From NCBI GenBank assembly GCA_018110905.1, contig JAGBAZ010000064.1:63249-95248 (forward strand): a stretch of DNA of 32,000 nucleotides, read 5' to 3'. Under the pieces are notes generated by a model. The model made no database searches. It was not told the DNA's origin and saw only the letters and a list, made by a program, of their open reading frames with translations. The position numbers were made by a program, and so were the translations under genes. Shown here piece by piece: positions 22,362 to 30,160 of this stretch (positions within the stretch are counted from its first letter, which is position 1; each line of letters begins with the position of its first letter). The stretch is from Oscillospiraceae bacterium (GTDB lineage: Bacteria > Bacillota > Clostridia > Oscillospirales > Ruminococcaceae).

Positions 22362-24671
22362 TTATTTTGGATTTTTCAGAGCTTTCTGACCGGCTTTCCC
22401 AAGTATCGTACCGACATTTACGTAATCGTTTTGGATTTCATTTTTATATTCTTCAATCTTTTCGGGTTCGTCTTTAAAAATGTCTTCGTATATTTTCAGG
22501 GATTTTTTATAGTATTTTAATCCATTTTTGAAATCACTTTTCAGGTAGTAAATAAAACCTAAGGAACGAAGTATTTCCGCACATCCGAGAGTGTTATCAC
22601 CACCGGATTTTTTCATTATCTTAAGAACTTTTTCATACATCTTAACGCCGGAATCAAAATCACCGGTATCAACCAAAAGTGCAGAATAATTTGCAAGCTG
22701 GGTAACTGTGTCATAGGTTGTAAGATTATATTTTTCTATAATCTGTATTCCGCGTTCCATGTATTCTTTTGCTTTGGAATAATTATAAGAGATTCTATAA
22801 AGGCTGCCGAGATTACTGCAGATATTTGCAGTAAGAAGAGCGTTTTCCTCATTGATTTCTGTAATCAAAGAAAGAGCTTTTTCTTCTTCCTTGATTCGCT
22901 TTGTTATATTATCCTCAAGAAAAGCATTGTATTCATGGAGCAATGCTCTGTCAGATGCCGTTCCGACAGAAGGATCTTTTAAAACGGATTCCATTTTGAA
23001 AAGAATACATTTCATGCCATATTTATAGTTATAACAATCCATATAGGGGAAAACATCTTCCATAAAAAGCAGAAATTTTTCCGTATCATCATCTGTAATC
23101 ATATCAAGGATATTTTCAATAGTATGGAACATTGGAAAATAATAAGGAACAGTTTCTCCGTGGCGAAGACAAATGTTTTGCAAGCTTTTGATAAGAGTTA
23201 TGCAATTGTTTATTGTAGGTTTTGTTTCATCAAAGGCAACCTCTTTTATCATCGGGTGGAGCAAAATGCTTTTGCCAGAACCTTCCTGAACAAATCCCTT
23301 TTCAATCAAATCGTTTATTACGTTCATATTTTTAAGGTTCAGCCAATGGGCAAAAAGCTTTCCGCTTATTCCGGAAGAGGGAATAAAAGTGAGATTTCTC
23401 ATAAAATCTGTTTCATCTTTCGAGAGTTTATAAAGAGAAAACAGAGTGTGGATATGAATATAATAAGTTTCCTTTTCGCTTTTTCCGTCCTTGAAAATTT
23501 TAATTTTGTCGGAAGAATCAAGGGAAGCTTTTTCCTTCCGAAGTTTTTCAGCAAGTTCTTCCGGCTCAAGGATTCCGTTTCCCAAAAGTCTTGCGGCAAG
23601 CTCAACCGCAAGGGTATGACTATGAACGGAAAATATGATTTCACTGAGTGCTTCGGAATGCTTATTTGCGTCGGAATAATAATTTTCCATAAGCACAAGG
23701 AGCGTTTCCAGGTTTTCAATTTCCCGAAGATGAAGGCATTTTTGATTATCAAAGCGGCTTCTTGTCGTAAAAAGAACACGGCAGCCGAATTTGAGCACGG
23801 TCCAAAGCAGTTTTTCGTCTGAATAGGTCGTATCGAAATTGTCGATAATCAAAAGAGAATCGCTTTTAAGCGTTTTGAGAAAACGGCTGTGTCGGGAAAA
23901 ACGCTTTTCAAAATTATCTTCAGGGGAATCATCAGCAAAAACCATTTCGGCAATATCATGTTCAAGGTTACCGGAATAGGATATATATAAAATATTGGTA
24001 TATTCCTTTTTATAATGTTTTGCGTATGCTTTTGCGGTCTCGCTTTTGCCGATGCCGGGAATTCCAAAGAGGAATACTTTTCCGTTTTTGCATAAAAGTT
24101 CATGCAGAGCTTCAATTTCGCTTTCTCTTCCGCAGAAATTTTTGCAGGGAGCAGGTACCCCGCAACCGAAAATATAATCGCTTATACCAGGGGAGGTTTT
24201 TGTATTCGGAACGGATTTTGTTTTGGAATCACGCTTGATAAAATTCCGTTCCATGGCGAAAAGCAAAGCGGAAGCAATAAATTCTGCTTCTTCGGAATCA
24301 TTTTCGCATGGGTGTTTTTCAAGAAGCTTTTTCTTCTTCTTTTCGGAAATTCCGCTGTCGCCGATAACGATTTCATAAATTTCGTTAACTGCCGTGGCGC
24401 TGTCGAACATCAGCGGCAGAATGTGGTTTTTAATATCGGAAACCAGTTTTTCAAAATTTTCGCTTTTTGAATAAAAGGAGGGAATCTGAGGACTTACCCT
24501 GTTCTGACCGTTAAACCATTTGCAAACGGAACCGTAGTCGAAATAATATCCGCTTTCCGAAGCGAAGCTACCGAAAAGCTCGTAAAGCAGATCCACCTGG
24601 TCAATGCTTTTGTTTTCACTGATGTATTTTTTGATGGCTGTGATTACCGAATAAAAATCAAGGCGTTCCAT
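22362..24671 (-). CDS. STAND/NB-ARC-like P-loop NTPase with C-terminal TPR array and unknown N-terminal ~190-aa domain
   Basis: Start moved to ATG 24671 (MERLDFY), 4 nt after GGGAGGA. Walker A is FLFGIPGIGKSETAKAYA and Walker B is SLLIIDNFD. The C-terminal third has TPR-type repeats (..LGSLYRISYNYSKAKEYMERGIQI.., ..LANYSALLVDTGDFDSGVKMYEKVLKI.., ..LRSLGFIYYLKSDFKNGLKYYKKSLKIYE). Confidence 0.8.
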   Translation of the reverse strand: MERLDFYSVITAIKKYISENKSIDQVDLLYELFGSFASESGYYFDYGSVCKWFNGQNRVSPQIPSFYSKSENFEKLVSDIKNHILPLMFDSATAVNEIYEIVIGDSGISEKKKKKLLEKHPCENDSEEAEFIASALLFAMERNFIKRDSKTKSVPNTKTSPGISDYIFGCGVPAPCKNFCGRESEIEALHELLCKNGKVFLFGIPGIGKSETAKAYAKHYKKEYTNILYISYSGNLEHDIAEMVFADDSPEDNFEKRFSRHSRFLKTLKSDSLLIIDNFDTTYSDEKLLWTVLKFGCRVLFTTRSRFDNQKCLHLREIENLETLLVLMENYYSDANKHSEALSEIIFSVHSHTLAVELAARLLGNGILEPEELAEKLRKEKASLDSSDKIKIFKDGKSEKETYYIHIHTLFSLYKLSKDETDFMRNLTFIPSSGISGKLFAHWLNLKNMNVINDLIEKGFVQEGSGKSILLHPMIKEVAFDETKPTINNCITLIKSLQNICLRHGETVPYYFPMFHTIENILDMITDDDTEKFLLFMEDVFPYMDCYNYKYGMKCILFKMESVLKDPSVGTASDRALLHEYNAFLEDNITKRIKEEEKALSLITEINEENALLTANICSNLGSLYRISYNYSKAKEYMERGIQIIEKYNLTTYDTVTQLANYSALLVDTGDFDSGVKMYEKVLKIMKKSGGDNTLGCAEILRSLGFIYYLKSDFKNGLKYYKKSLKIYEDIFKDEPEKIEEYKNEIQNDYVNVGTILGKAGQKALKNPK

Positions 24672-24707
24672 AAAATCCTCCCTTCTCAAAAACTGTATTC
24701 TAAGGAA

Positions 24708-24736
24708 AATATATCAACAGGGAAAAGGCTTGTCAA
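24708..24736 (-). promoter_or_regulatory. sigma-A type promoter of the STAND gene
   Basis: On the minus strand: TTGACA (24731-24736), 17 nt, TATATT (24708-24713), about 37 nt upstream of ATG 24671. Confidence 0.55.
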
Positions 24737-24777
24737 CGCAAAATGAGAAGTTTACGGAAATTTAATATTTGATTTTT

Positions 24778-24807
24778 GCTCAATTTTCGCTCAAAAGCCG
24801 CTCAATG
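24778..24807. repeat. right arm of a perfect 30-bp inverted repeat
   Basis: GCTCAATTTTCGCTCAAAAGCCGCTCAATG is the exact reverse complement of 22278-22307. Confidence 0.95.
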
Positions 24808-24833
24808 AGAAAGACCAGAAAAACGACTATAAT
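24778..24833 (+). promoter_or_regulatory. rightward promoter/operator built on the right repeat arm
   Basis: The repeat arm is followed by exactly 20 nt and then TATAAT (24828-24833). The leftward parM promoter has the same geometry (arm, 20 nt, TAGAAT). Confidence 0.45.
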
Positions 24834-24906
24834 ACAGTCAGACGGAAAAACTGAATGATCAGTTGTTTTTCTGTCAATAATCTTTGCGGAAAGGACGGGT
24901 TCGATT

Positions 24907-25080
24907 ATGGGATTCAGAGTAAGACTTTTCCTCGACGGCGAAATGGTCGAACCGTCGGAGGTCAATATCAAAAGCGTCACCATTGACAGAATAGTGAACG
25001 ACTGCATTGATAATCGGATGCAGGCGGAAGAAACAGCTCCTAAAAAGAAAGCAAAAAGGCAGGAAGCACTATCCAGGTAA
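24907..25080 (+). CDS. small hypothetical protein (57 aa), not in the ORF track
   Basis: ATG 24907 follows AAGGACGG. Hand translation: MGFRVRLFLDGEMVEPSEVNIKSVTIDRIVNDCIDNRMQAEETAPKKKAKRQEALSR; stop TAA 25078-25080. It lies downstream of the 24828 -10 box. The antisense 135-aa track ORF looks non-coding. Confidence 0.4.
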   Translation: MGFRVRLFLDGEMVEPSEVNIKSVTIDRIVNDCIDNRMQAEETAPKKKAKRQEALSR

Positions 25081-25118
25081 GGAAAAGTGCTTTTTTGCAT
25101 AGAAGGCTTAAAAAAGCG

Positions 25119-25147
25119 TTGACAAAATTTCCATATCGTAGTACAAT
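25119..25147 (+). promoter_or_regulatory. sigma-A type promoter of the toxin-antitoxin pair
   Basis: TTGACA (25119-25124), 17 nt, TACAAT (25142-25147), 27 nt before ATG 25174. Confidence 0.6.
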
Positions 25148-25173
25148 GTATTACAGAGAAAGGGGCTGAATTT

Positions 25174-25395
25174 ATGAGTTTTTCCATCAGATTATCCGAA
25201 GAAGAAAAAAGCCTTGCGGAAAGCTATGCAAAACTTCATTCCGTTTCCGTAGGCGAAGCATTTAAAAGAGCGCTTTTCGAAAAAATCGAGGACGAATACG
25301 ATATTGCGATAGCGCAGGAAGCACACGCCGAATATGTTGCCGAAGGAGAAAAAAGCCGTCCCATTTCCGAACTTTGGAAGGAACTTGATTTATGA
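25174..25395 (+). CDS. type II antitoxin (RelB/DinJ-like, RHH)
   Basis: MSFSIRLSEEEKSLAESYAKLHSVSVGEAFKRALFEKIEDEYD is an RHH-type antitoxin N-terminus. Its stop overlaps the toxin start as ATGA (25392-25395). Confidence 0.75.
   Translation: MSFSIRLSEEEKSLAESYAKLHSVSVGEAFKRALFEKIEDEYDIAIAQEAHAEYVAEGEKSRPISELWKELDL
25385..25385. other. placeholder removed
   Basis: Not a feature; ignore this entry. Confidence 0.
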
Positions 25396-25661
25396 GCTAT
25401 AAAGTTGAGGTAACCGCAAGGTTTGAAAGGGAATTTAAAAAACTGGACAGATACACTCAGCGTATGATAAAAGCCTGGATTGAAAAGAACCTTGTGGGTT
25501 GTTCCGACCCAAGACAGCACGGCAAGGGCCTTACAGCGAATAGAAGCGGTCAATGGAGATACCGCATAGGCGATTACAGGCTTATCTGTGAGATAAAGGA
25601 CGGAGAATTGGTTATTCTTGCGCTTTCTGTGGGTCACCGCAGGGAAATATATGAAAGCTGA
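25392..25661 (+). CDS. relE: RelE/ParE-family toxin
   Basis: ..ARFEREFKKLDRYTQRMIKAWIEKNL..GKGLTANRSGQWRYRIGDYRLICEIKDGELVILALSVGHRREIY is a typical RelE/StbE-family signature. Confidence 0.8.
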   Translation: MSYKVEVTARFEREFKKLDRYTQRMIKAWIEKNLVGCSDPRQHGKGLTANRSGQWRYRIGDYRLICEIKDGELVILALSVGHRREIYES

Positions 25662-25796
25662 TTTTTTGAGCAGTAACAGAAATGTTTCTGCTTTTTCTTT
25701 TATAATTTTCCAAATTTCGCCATACATATGAAAATATCAAAATATACTTGTGTAAGGCGAAATTATATGATAGAATGATACCAAAGAACAGAAAGG

Positions 25797-27386
25797 GTGA
25801 TACCTTTGGCGGCAGAAAAAAAGAATTACAAACTCACGAACATACTTGAATTGAGCCGTTATATGAAAATCGCAATCGATGATTCCGTTGAAACGGATGA
25901 AAACGGAAATTATCTCATAAACGTGGGCTATCTCCGTGTTTCAACAGACAGACAGGCGGACCTTGGTTACGGCCTTGATTTGCAGGAAACGGCGGTAGTC
26001 AACTACTGTAAATTGAATGGTTATAAAAACCTCGTTCTTTTTATCGATGACGGTTATACCGGTACAAATATGGAAAGACCTGCGCTCCAGGGAATCATTT
26101 CCATGATTCAGGATTTCAACAAGGAAAAATCCCATATCCGGATCAACACAATGGTTATTCCCCGAATGGACCGTCTTGGCAGAACCCTGCTCGGAACTTT
26201 GCAGTTCATACAGGATTACATAGTTTCCAAAAAGGACAGTAAAAACAGCCTTATAAACGGCAACAAAGAGGACATAAACTTTGTTTCCGTTGCGGAAAGT
26301 GCAATCCGCATTGATAAAAACAATCCACAGAGCAAGTTTTTGCTTATGCTTTTCGCAACCCTTGCGGAGTATGACCGCGACCTTATCGTAAAAAAACTTA
26401 AAGACGGAAGAAAGGCGAGAGCCGCTTCCGGAAAATGGTCCGGCGGCGGAAACGTTCCCTATGGCTACCGTTATGATAAGGAGCTTTCGAAGCTGATAGT
26501 TATTCCGGAGGAAGCGGAAAAAATCCGGGAAATCTTCCGGCTTTACATCGAGGAAAAAGTTTCTCCGCAAAAAATTTCCGATATGCTCGGCTTCAAGGGA
26601 GACAGAATCATCACCCAGATCCTCAAACGGAAATCCCTAACTGGTTGCGTTATTTATGACGGAGAGGAATATGAGGGAGAGCACGAAGCAATCATTTCCC
26701 TTGACCGCTGGCAGGAAGCGCAGGACGAAATTGAAAAGAGAAGCGTCCACAGAGTGGATTCCAACTATCTGCTTTCTGGTCTCCTGGTCTGCGGCGAATG
26801 CGGTGCTAAAATGCGCTATCAGAAATGGGGCAAATCCGGAGAATGCAAAATCGTCTGCTATTCAAGGCAGAAATCCAAACCGAACCTTGTGAAAGACGAG
26901 AACTGCGAGAACGAGCTTTTCTGGGCGTACGAAATAGAAGAAGCCGTAATCGGCGAACTTTTCAGAATGACATATTTGGGAGATGAGGACAACGTAAAAT
27001 CTGCCGGAATAAATGTCAGGGATTCACTTACGGAAGAACTTAAAAAAGCGAACGCAAGGCTTAATTCTTACTACGCGAGACTTGATAAAATCGAGAACGG
27101 GGAAAGCGAAGAACTTCCGGATATTATTGAAGAAAAAATCCAGGAAATAAGCCGACAGATAAAATCAATCAAAGCACAGCTTCAGAGCGAAGATGAAAAA
27201 CAGAAAATCAGCAGAAAAGTCGGCAAGGCAAGGGAACTTTTCAAAACCATAAAAACCGCCTGGGAAACCATGACAGATAAAGAAAAACAATCCGTTAGCC
27301 AGGAACTTATTGATAGGATTATAATAAACAAAGATGGTACCATCGATGTCCATTTGAAACTGCAAAGTTGTTTTGCAAGAAGATAA
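25797..27386 (+). CDS. large serine recombinase (element integrase)
   Basis: Catalytic motif GYLRVSTDRQ, resolvase-type N-terminal domain, recombinase domain (GKWSGGGNVPYGYRYD), zinc ribbon (CGECGAKMRY..CKIVCYSRQ) and a C-terminal coiled coil. The start is uncertain (GTG 25797 or ATG 25863). A TTGTGT-17-TAGAAT promoter with TG extension lies at about 25748-25776. The gene ends ~60 nt from the element/host junction. Confidence 0.85.
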   Translation: MIPLAAEKKNYKLTNILELSRYMKIAIDDSVETDENGNYLINVGYLRVSTDRQADLGYGLDLQETAVVNYCKLNGYKNLVLFIDDGYTGTNMERPALQGIISMIQDFNKEKSHIRINTMVIPRMDRLGRTLLGTLQFIQDYIVSKKDSKNSLINGNKEDINFVSVAESAIRIDKNNPQSKFLLMLFATLAEYDRDLIVKKLKDGRKARAASGKWSGGGNVPYGYRYDKELSKLIVIPEEAEKIREIFRLYIEEKVSPQKISDMLGFKGDRIITQILKRKSLTGCVIYDGEEYEGEHEAIISLDRWQEAQDEIEKRSVHRVDSNYLLSGLLVCGECGAKMRYQKWGKSGECKIVCYSRQKSKPNLVKDENCENELFWAYEIEEAVIGELFRMTYLGDEDNVKSAGINVRDSLTEELKKANARLNSYYARLDKIENGESEELPDIIEEKIQEISRQIKSIKAQLQSEDEKQKISRKVGKARELFKTIKTAWETMTDKEKQSVSQELIDRIIINKDGTIDVHLKLQSCFARR

Positions 27387-27424
27387 AAAAATAAGGAATT
27401 GCCCGAAATAGAAGGCAATTCCTT
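27385..27424 (-). terminator. rho-independent terminator at the element edge, oriented against read-through from sigG
   Basis: Stem AAGGAATTGCC (27393-27403) / GGCAATTCCTT (27414-27424). On the minus strand it is followed by TTATTTTTTT (A run 27385-27391 on +). There is no T run on the + side. Confidence 0.65.
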
Positions 27425-27746
27425 ATGGATAAATACTGTTTCGACATTCTATAATCATCGGTACCCCATAAGTTGAAAAGCGCACATCAAGGCTTGGGTC
27501 AAAATTATCAATGGCTTTGATAAGACCGATGCAGCCCACCTGAAAAAGATCATCCGGAGGTTCTCCACGGCCGGAGAATTTTTGGACCACGCTTAAAACA
27601 AGCCGCAGATTTCCGTTTATCATTTTTTCTCTCGCGTTTTTGTCGCCGTTTTTTGCAAGTTTCAAAAGTTCTGTCTTTTCCTTTTCTGTGAGCACCGGAA
27701 GCTTTGCAGTATTGATCCCGCAGATTTCAACTTTACCGTAATACAT
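27423..27746 (-). pseudogene. sigG: sigG (sporulation sigma-G) 5' portion, interrupted by the element after ..VPMII
   Basis: MYYGKVEICGINTAKLPVLTEKE..AREKMINGNLRLVLSVVQKFSGRGEPPDDLFQVGCIGLIKAIDNFDPSLDVRFSTYGVPMII aligns residue for residue with my memory of B. subtilis SigG (..KVEICGVDTSKLPVLKNEE..NGNLRLVLSVIQRFNNRGEYVDDLFQVGCIGLMKSVDNFD..KFSTYAVPMIIGEIRRYLRD). After MII (nt ~27450) the ORF reads ECRNSIYP-stop instead of GEIRRYLRD. Confidence 0.8.
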
Positions 27747-27907
27747 AAAAAATTCCCCGTTCGAAATGTTTTTGCAAAGTTGATTTTTGACTTTTGAGCA
27801 CGGATATATTCATTTGAGCACGAAATAAAAATCTGGTAAAAATTGAGCACGGACATACAGAAAAATACTTTGAACTGAATATATTTTCAAAAGGGGAGGG
27901 GCGTAAC

Positions 27908-28210
27908 ATGTTTGTAACTTTTGAAGAAATTTGTGAAAAAGAGATAATAAATATCCTTGACGGAAGCTCTCTCGGTTTTGTCGGGGACATTCTTTTTGAT
28001 ACAGAAACCAGAAAAATAAATGCGTTGATAATCAAACAAAAACCAAGATTTTTTGGTTTTTTAAAAAATGAAGAAGACCTTTCCATAGGCTGGGATAAAA
28101 TCGAAGCAGTAGGCAAAGACACAATTCTGGTAAAAATAAAAGAATGTGGCAGAATACACAACGAAAAACAAAATTTAATACAAAAATTTTTAAATATTTT
28201 CTTTTATTAA
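27908..28210 (+). CDS. ylmC: YlmC/YmxH-family sporulation protein (PRC-barrel)
   Basis: RBS GGGGAGGGG. ..CEKEIINILDGSSLGFVGDILFDTETRKINALII.. matches the YlmC/YmxH pattern (..gKeViN..dG..LG...D..iD..tG.I.aiil). Confidence 0.75.
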   Translation: MFVTFEEICEKEIINILDGSSLGFVGDILFDTETRKINALIIKQKPRFFGFLKNEEDLSIGWDKIEAVGKDTILVKIKECGRIHNEKQNLIQKFLNIFFY

Positions 28211-28223
28211 ACAGCAAAAACGG

Positions 28224-28252
28224 TTGCAATAAATTGCTTTTAGTGTTATAAT
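28224..28252 (+). promoter_or_regulatory. sigma-A type promoter of rpsB-tsf
   Basis: TTGCAA (28224-28229), 17 nt, TATAAT (28247-28252). A ~140-nt GC-rich leader follows. Confidence 0.6.
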
Positions 28253-28396
28253 CTAATGGCTGGAAGACTGTAAGTCTATAAGTGCGTCTTCTAAAAGCAC
28301 ACACACCCCACAATCCCGTCGGTCGTTGACCGGGAAAAGCCCGGTTGCTGCCGGGAAATGACTGGGGTGGAGGTAATAACAAGGAGGAAAAAAACA

Positions 28397-29119
28397 ATGT
28401 CCGTAGTATCTATGAAACAGCTGCTTGAAGCTGGTGTACACTTTGGCCACCAGACCCGCCGCTGGAACCCTAAAATGGCTCCGTATATCTTCACCGAAAG
28501 AAACGGAATCTACATCATCGACCTTCAGAAAACCGTTAAAAAAATCGAGGAAGCATATTCCTTCGTAAACGAAATTTCTGCAGAAGGCAAATCCGTTCTT
28601 TTCGTTGGCACCAAAAAACAGGCTGCTGACTCCGTTCGTGAAGAAGCTGAAAGAGCAGGCGCTTACTGGGTAAACGCTCGCTGGCTCGGCGGCATGCTCA
28701 CCAACTTCAAAACCATCAGAAGAAGAATCGCTCGTCTTCAGCAGCTCCGCAAAATGGAAGAAGACGGCACTTTCGAACGTCTTACCAAGAAAGAAGCAAC
28801 CAAACTTACTCTTGAAATCGAAAAACTTGAAAAATTCCTTGGTGGTATCGAAGATATGACCGAGCTTCCCGGCGCTCTTTTCATCGTTGACTCCAGAAAA
28901 GAAAAAATTGCCGTTGCAGAAGCAAAAAGACTCGGTATTCCGATCGTAGCTATTGTTGACACTAACTGTGACCCCGACGATGTCGATTATGTTATCCCCG
29001 GCAACGATGACGCTATCCGCGCTGTAAAACTCATCGCAGGCACCATCGCTGACGCTATCATCGAAGGCAGACAGGGTGAACAGAATCTTCCTGAAGAATC
29101 TGAAGAGGAGGCAGAATAA
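28397..29119 (+). CDS. rpsB: 30S ribosomal protein S2
   Basis: Start moved to ATG 28397 after [34 protein letters not shown].. is the canonical S2 N-terminus. Confidence 0.95.
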   Translation: MSVVSMKQLLEAGVHFGHQTRRWNPKMAPYIFTERNGIYIIDLQKTVKKIEEAYSFVNEISAEGKSVLFVGTKKQAADSVREEAERAGAYWVNARWLGGMLTNFKTIRRRIARLQQLRKMEEDGTFERLTKKEATKLTLEIEKLEKFLGGIEDMTELPGALFIVDSRKEKIAVAEAKRLGIPIVAIVDTNCDPDDVDYVIPGNDDAIRAVKLIAGTIADAIIEGRQGEQNLPEESEEEAE

Positions 29120-29120
29120 T

Positions 29121-30041
29121 ATGCCCTTTACCGCTCAAGACGTTAAAACTCTCCGTGAAATGACCGAATGCGGAATGCTCGACTGCAAAAAAGCTCTCAT
29201 CGAAACCGATGGCGACATGGAAAAAGCAGTTGAATTCCTTCGTGAAAAAGGTCTTGCATCCGTAGCAAAAAAATCCGGCAGAATCGCAGCAGAAGGTCTT
29301 GTTCTTGCATTTACCGATGCAGAAAAGAAAGTTTCCGTTGCAATCGAAGTTAACTCCGAAACCGACTTCGTTTCCAAGAACGAAGACTTCCGTGAGTTTG
29401 TAAAACTTGCAGGACAGGCTGTTATCGACAACGTTCCTGCAGACGTTGAAGCTCTCCTCGCATGTGTTGTTGACGGCAGAACCGTTAACGAACACCTTCA
29501 GGACAGACAGCTTAAAATCCGTGAAAACCTCAAGGTTCGCCGCTTCGTTCGTTACGAAGGCGATGTTGCAACTTATGTTCACGGCGGCGGCACCATCGGT
29601 GTTATGGTAAAATTTGCAACCGATGTTGCAGACAAAGAAGGCTTTGCTGAATACGGCAAAGACGTTGCTATGCAGGTCGCTGCAGCAAACCCCTCTTACA
29701 TCTGCGAGCACTGCGTTCCCGCAGAAGTTATTGCTCATGAGAAAGAAATCCTCTTTGCTCAGATCAGCAACGACGAAAAACTTGCAAACAAACCCGACGC
29801 AGTTAAAGAAAAAATGGTTGACGGCAGAATCGGCAAATTCTATAAAGAAAACTGCCTCATGAACCAGGAATTCGTAAAAGATCCTGATCTCGATATCAAA
29901 GGCTACACCGAAAAAGTTGCAAAAGAACTCGGCGGTTCCATCAAAATCACTGAATTCGTTCGCATGGAAAAAGGCGAAGGCATCGAGAAAAAACAGGAAA
30001 ACTTCGCAGACGAAGTTGCCAAACAGATGGCAGGCAAATAA
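29121..30041 (+). CDS. tsf: translation elongation factor Ts
   Basis: Start moved to ATG 29121 after GAGGAGG. MPFTAQDVKTLREMTECGMLDCKKALIETDGDMEKAVEFLREKG is the canonical EF-Ts UBA-like N-terminus. Conserved rpsB-tsf gene order. Confidence 0.95.
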   Translation: MPFTAQDVKTLREMTECGMLDCKKALIETDGDMEKAVEFLREKGLASVAKKSGRIAAEGLVLAFTDAEKKVSVAIEVNSETDFVSKNEDFREFVKLAGQAVIDNVPADVEALLACVVDGRTVNEHLQDRQLKIRENLKVRRFVRYEGDVATYVHGGGTIGVMVKFATDVADKEGFAEYGKDVAMQVAAANPSYICEHCVPAEVIAHEKEILFAQISNDEKLANKPDAVKEKMVDGRIGKFYKENCLMNQEFVKDPDLDIKGYTEKVAKELGGSIKITEFVRMEKGEGIEKKQENFADEVAKQMAGK

Positions 30042-30071
30042 TTCAGCCTTAATGAATTAAGTGCGTTATGA

Positions 30072-30118
30072 CAGAAGAATATAAATTTGTATTATAATTT
30101 ATATTCTTCTGGATTTTA
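30072..30118 (+). terminator. rho-independent terminator after tsf
   Basis: Stem CAGAAGAATATAAAT (30072-30086) / ATTTATATTCTTCTG (30097-30111) followed by GATTTTATT. Confidence 0.75.
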
Positions 30119-30160
30119 TTAAAGCGTAAATTGCAGAAAATTACAGGGAGGTGCATTCAT

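Larger units (their letters stand above)
1..27449. mobile_element. integrated serine-recombinase element (>=27.4 kb; left end outside the window) inserted in sigG
   Basis: The right junction is inferred at ~27447-27452, where the sigG reading frame diverges. The recombinase sits at the terminus. The content is plasmid/transposon-like (tnpV, mobC, repA_N, dnaC-like, parM, TA). Conserved housekeeping genes begin immediately to the right. Confidence 0.65.

Noticed and set aside
22278-24807. The 30-bp inverted repeats as terminal repeats of an IS element or MITE.
   Set aside because: There is no transposase between them, and I could not identify flanking target-site duplications. The arms coincide with promoter/operator geometry instead. 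Mobility is kept only as a minor alternative in the finding.
24780-25187. 135-aa minus-strand track ORF between the STAND gene and the TA pair.
   Set aside because: Its translation looks non-coding and has no RBS. The region is better explained by the right repeat arm, a + strand promoter, a 57-aa + strand ORF with an RBS, and the TA promoter.
27662-28161. Minus-strand ORFs 27662-27856 and 27733-28161 across the sigG/ylmC intergenic region.
   Set aside because: They overlap the well-supported sigG fragment and ylmC and span promoter DNA. No RBS or motifs are present.
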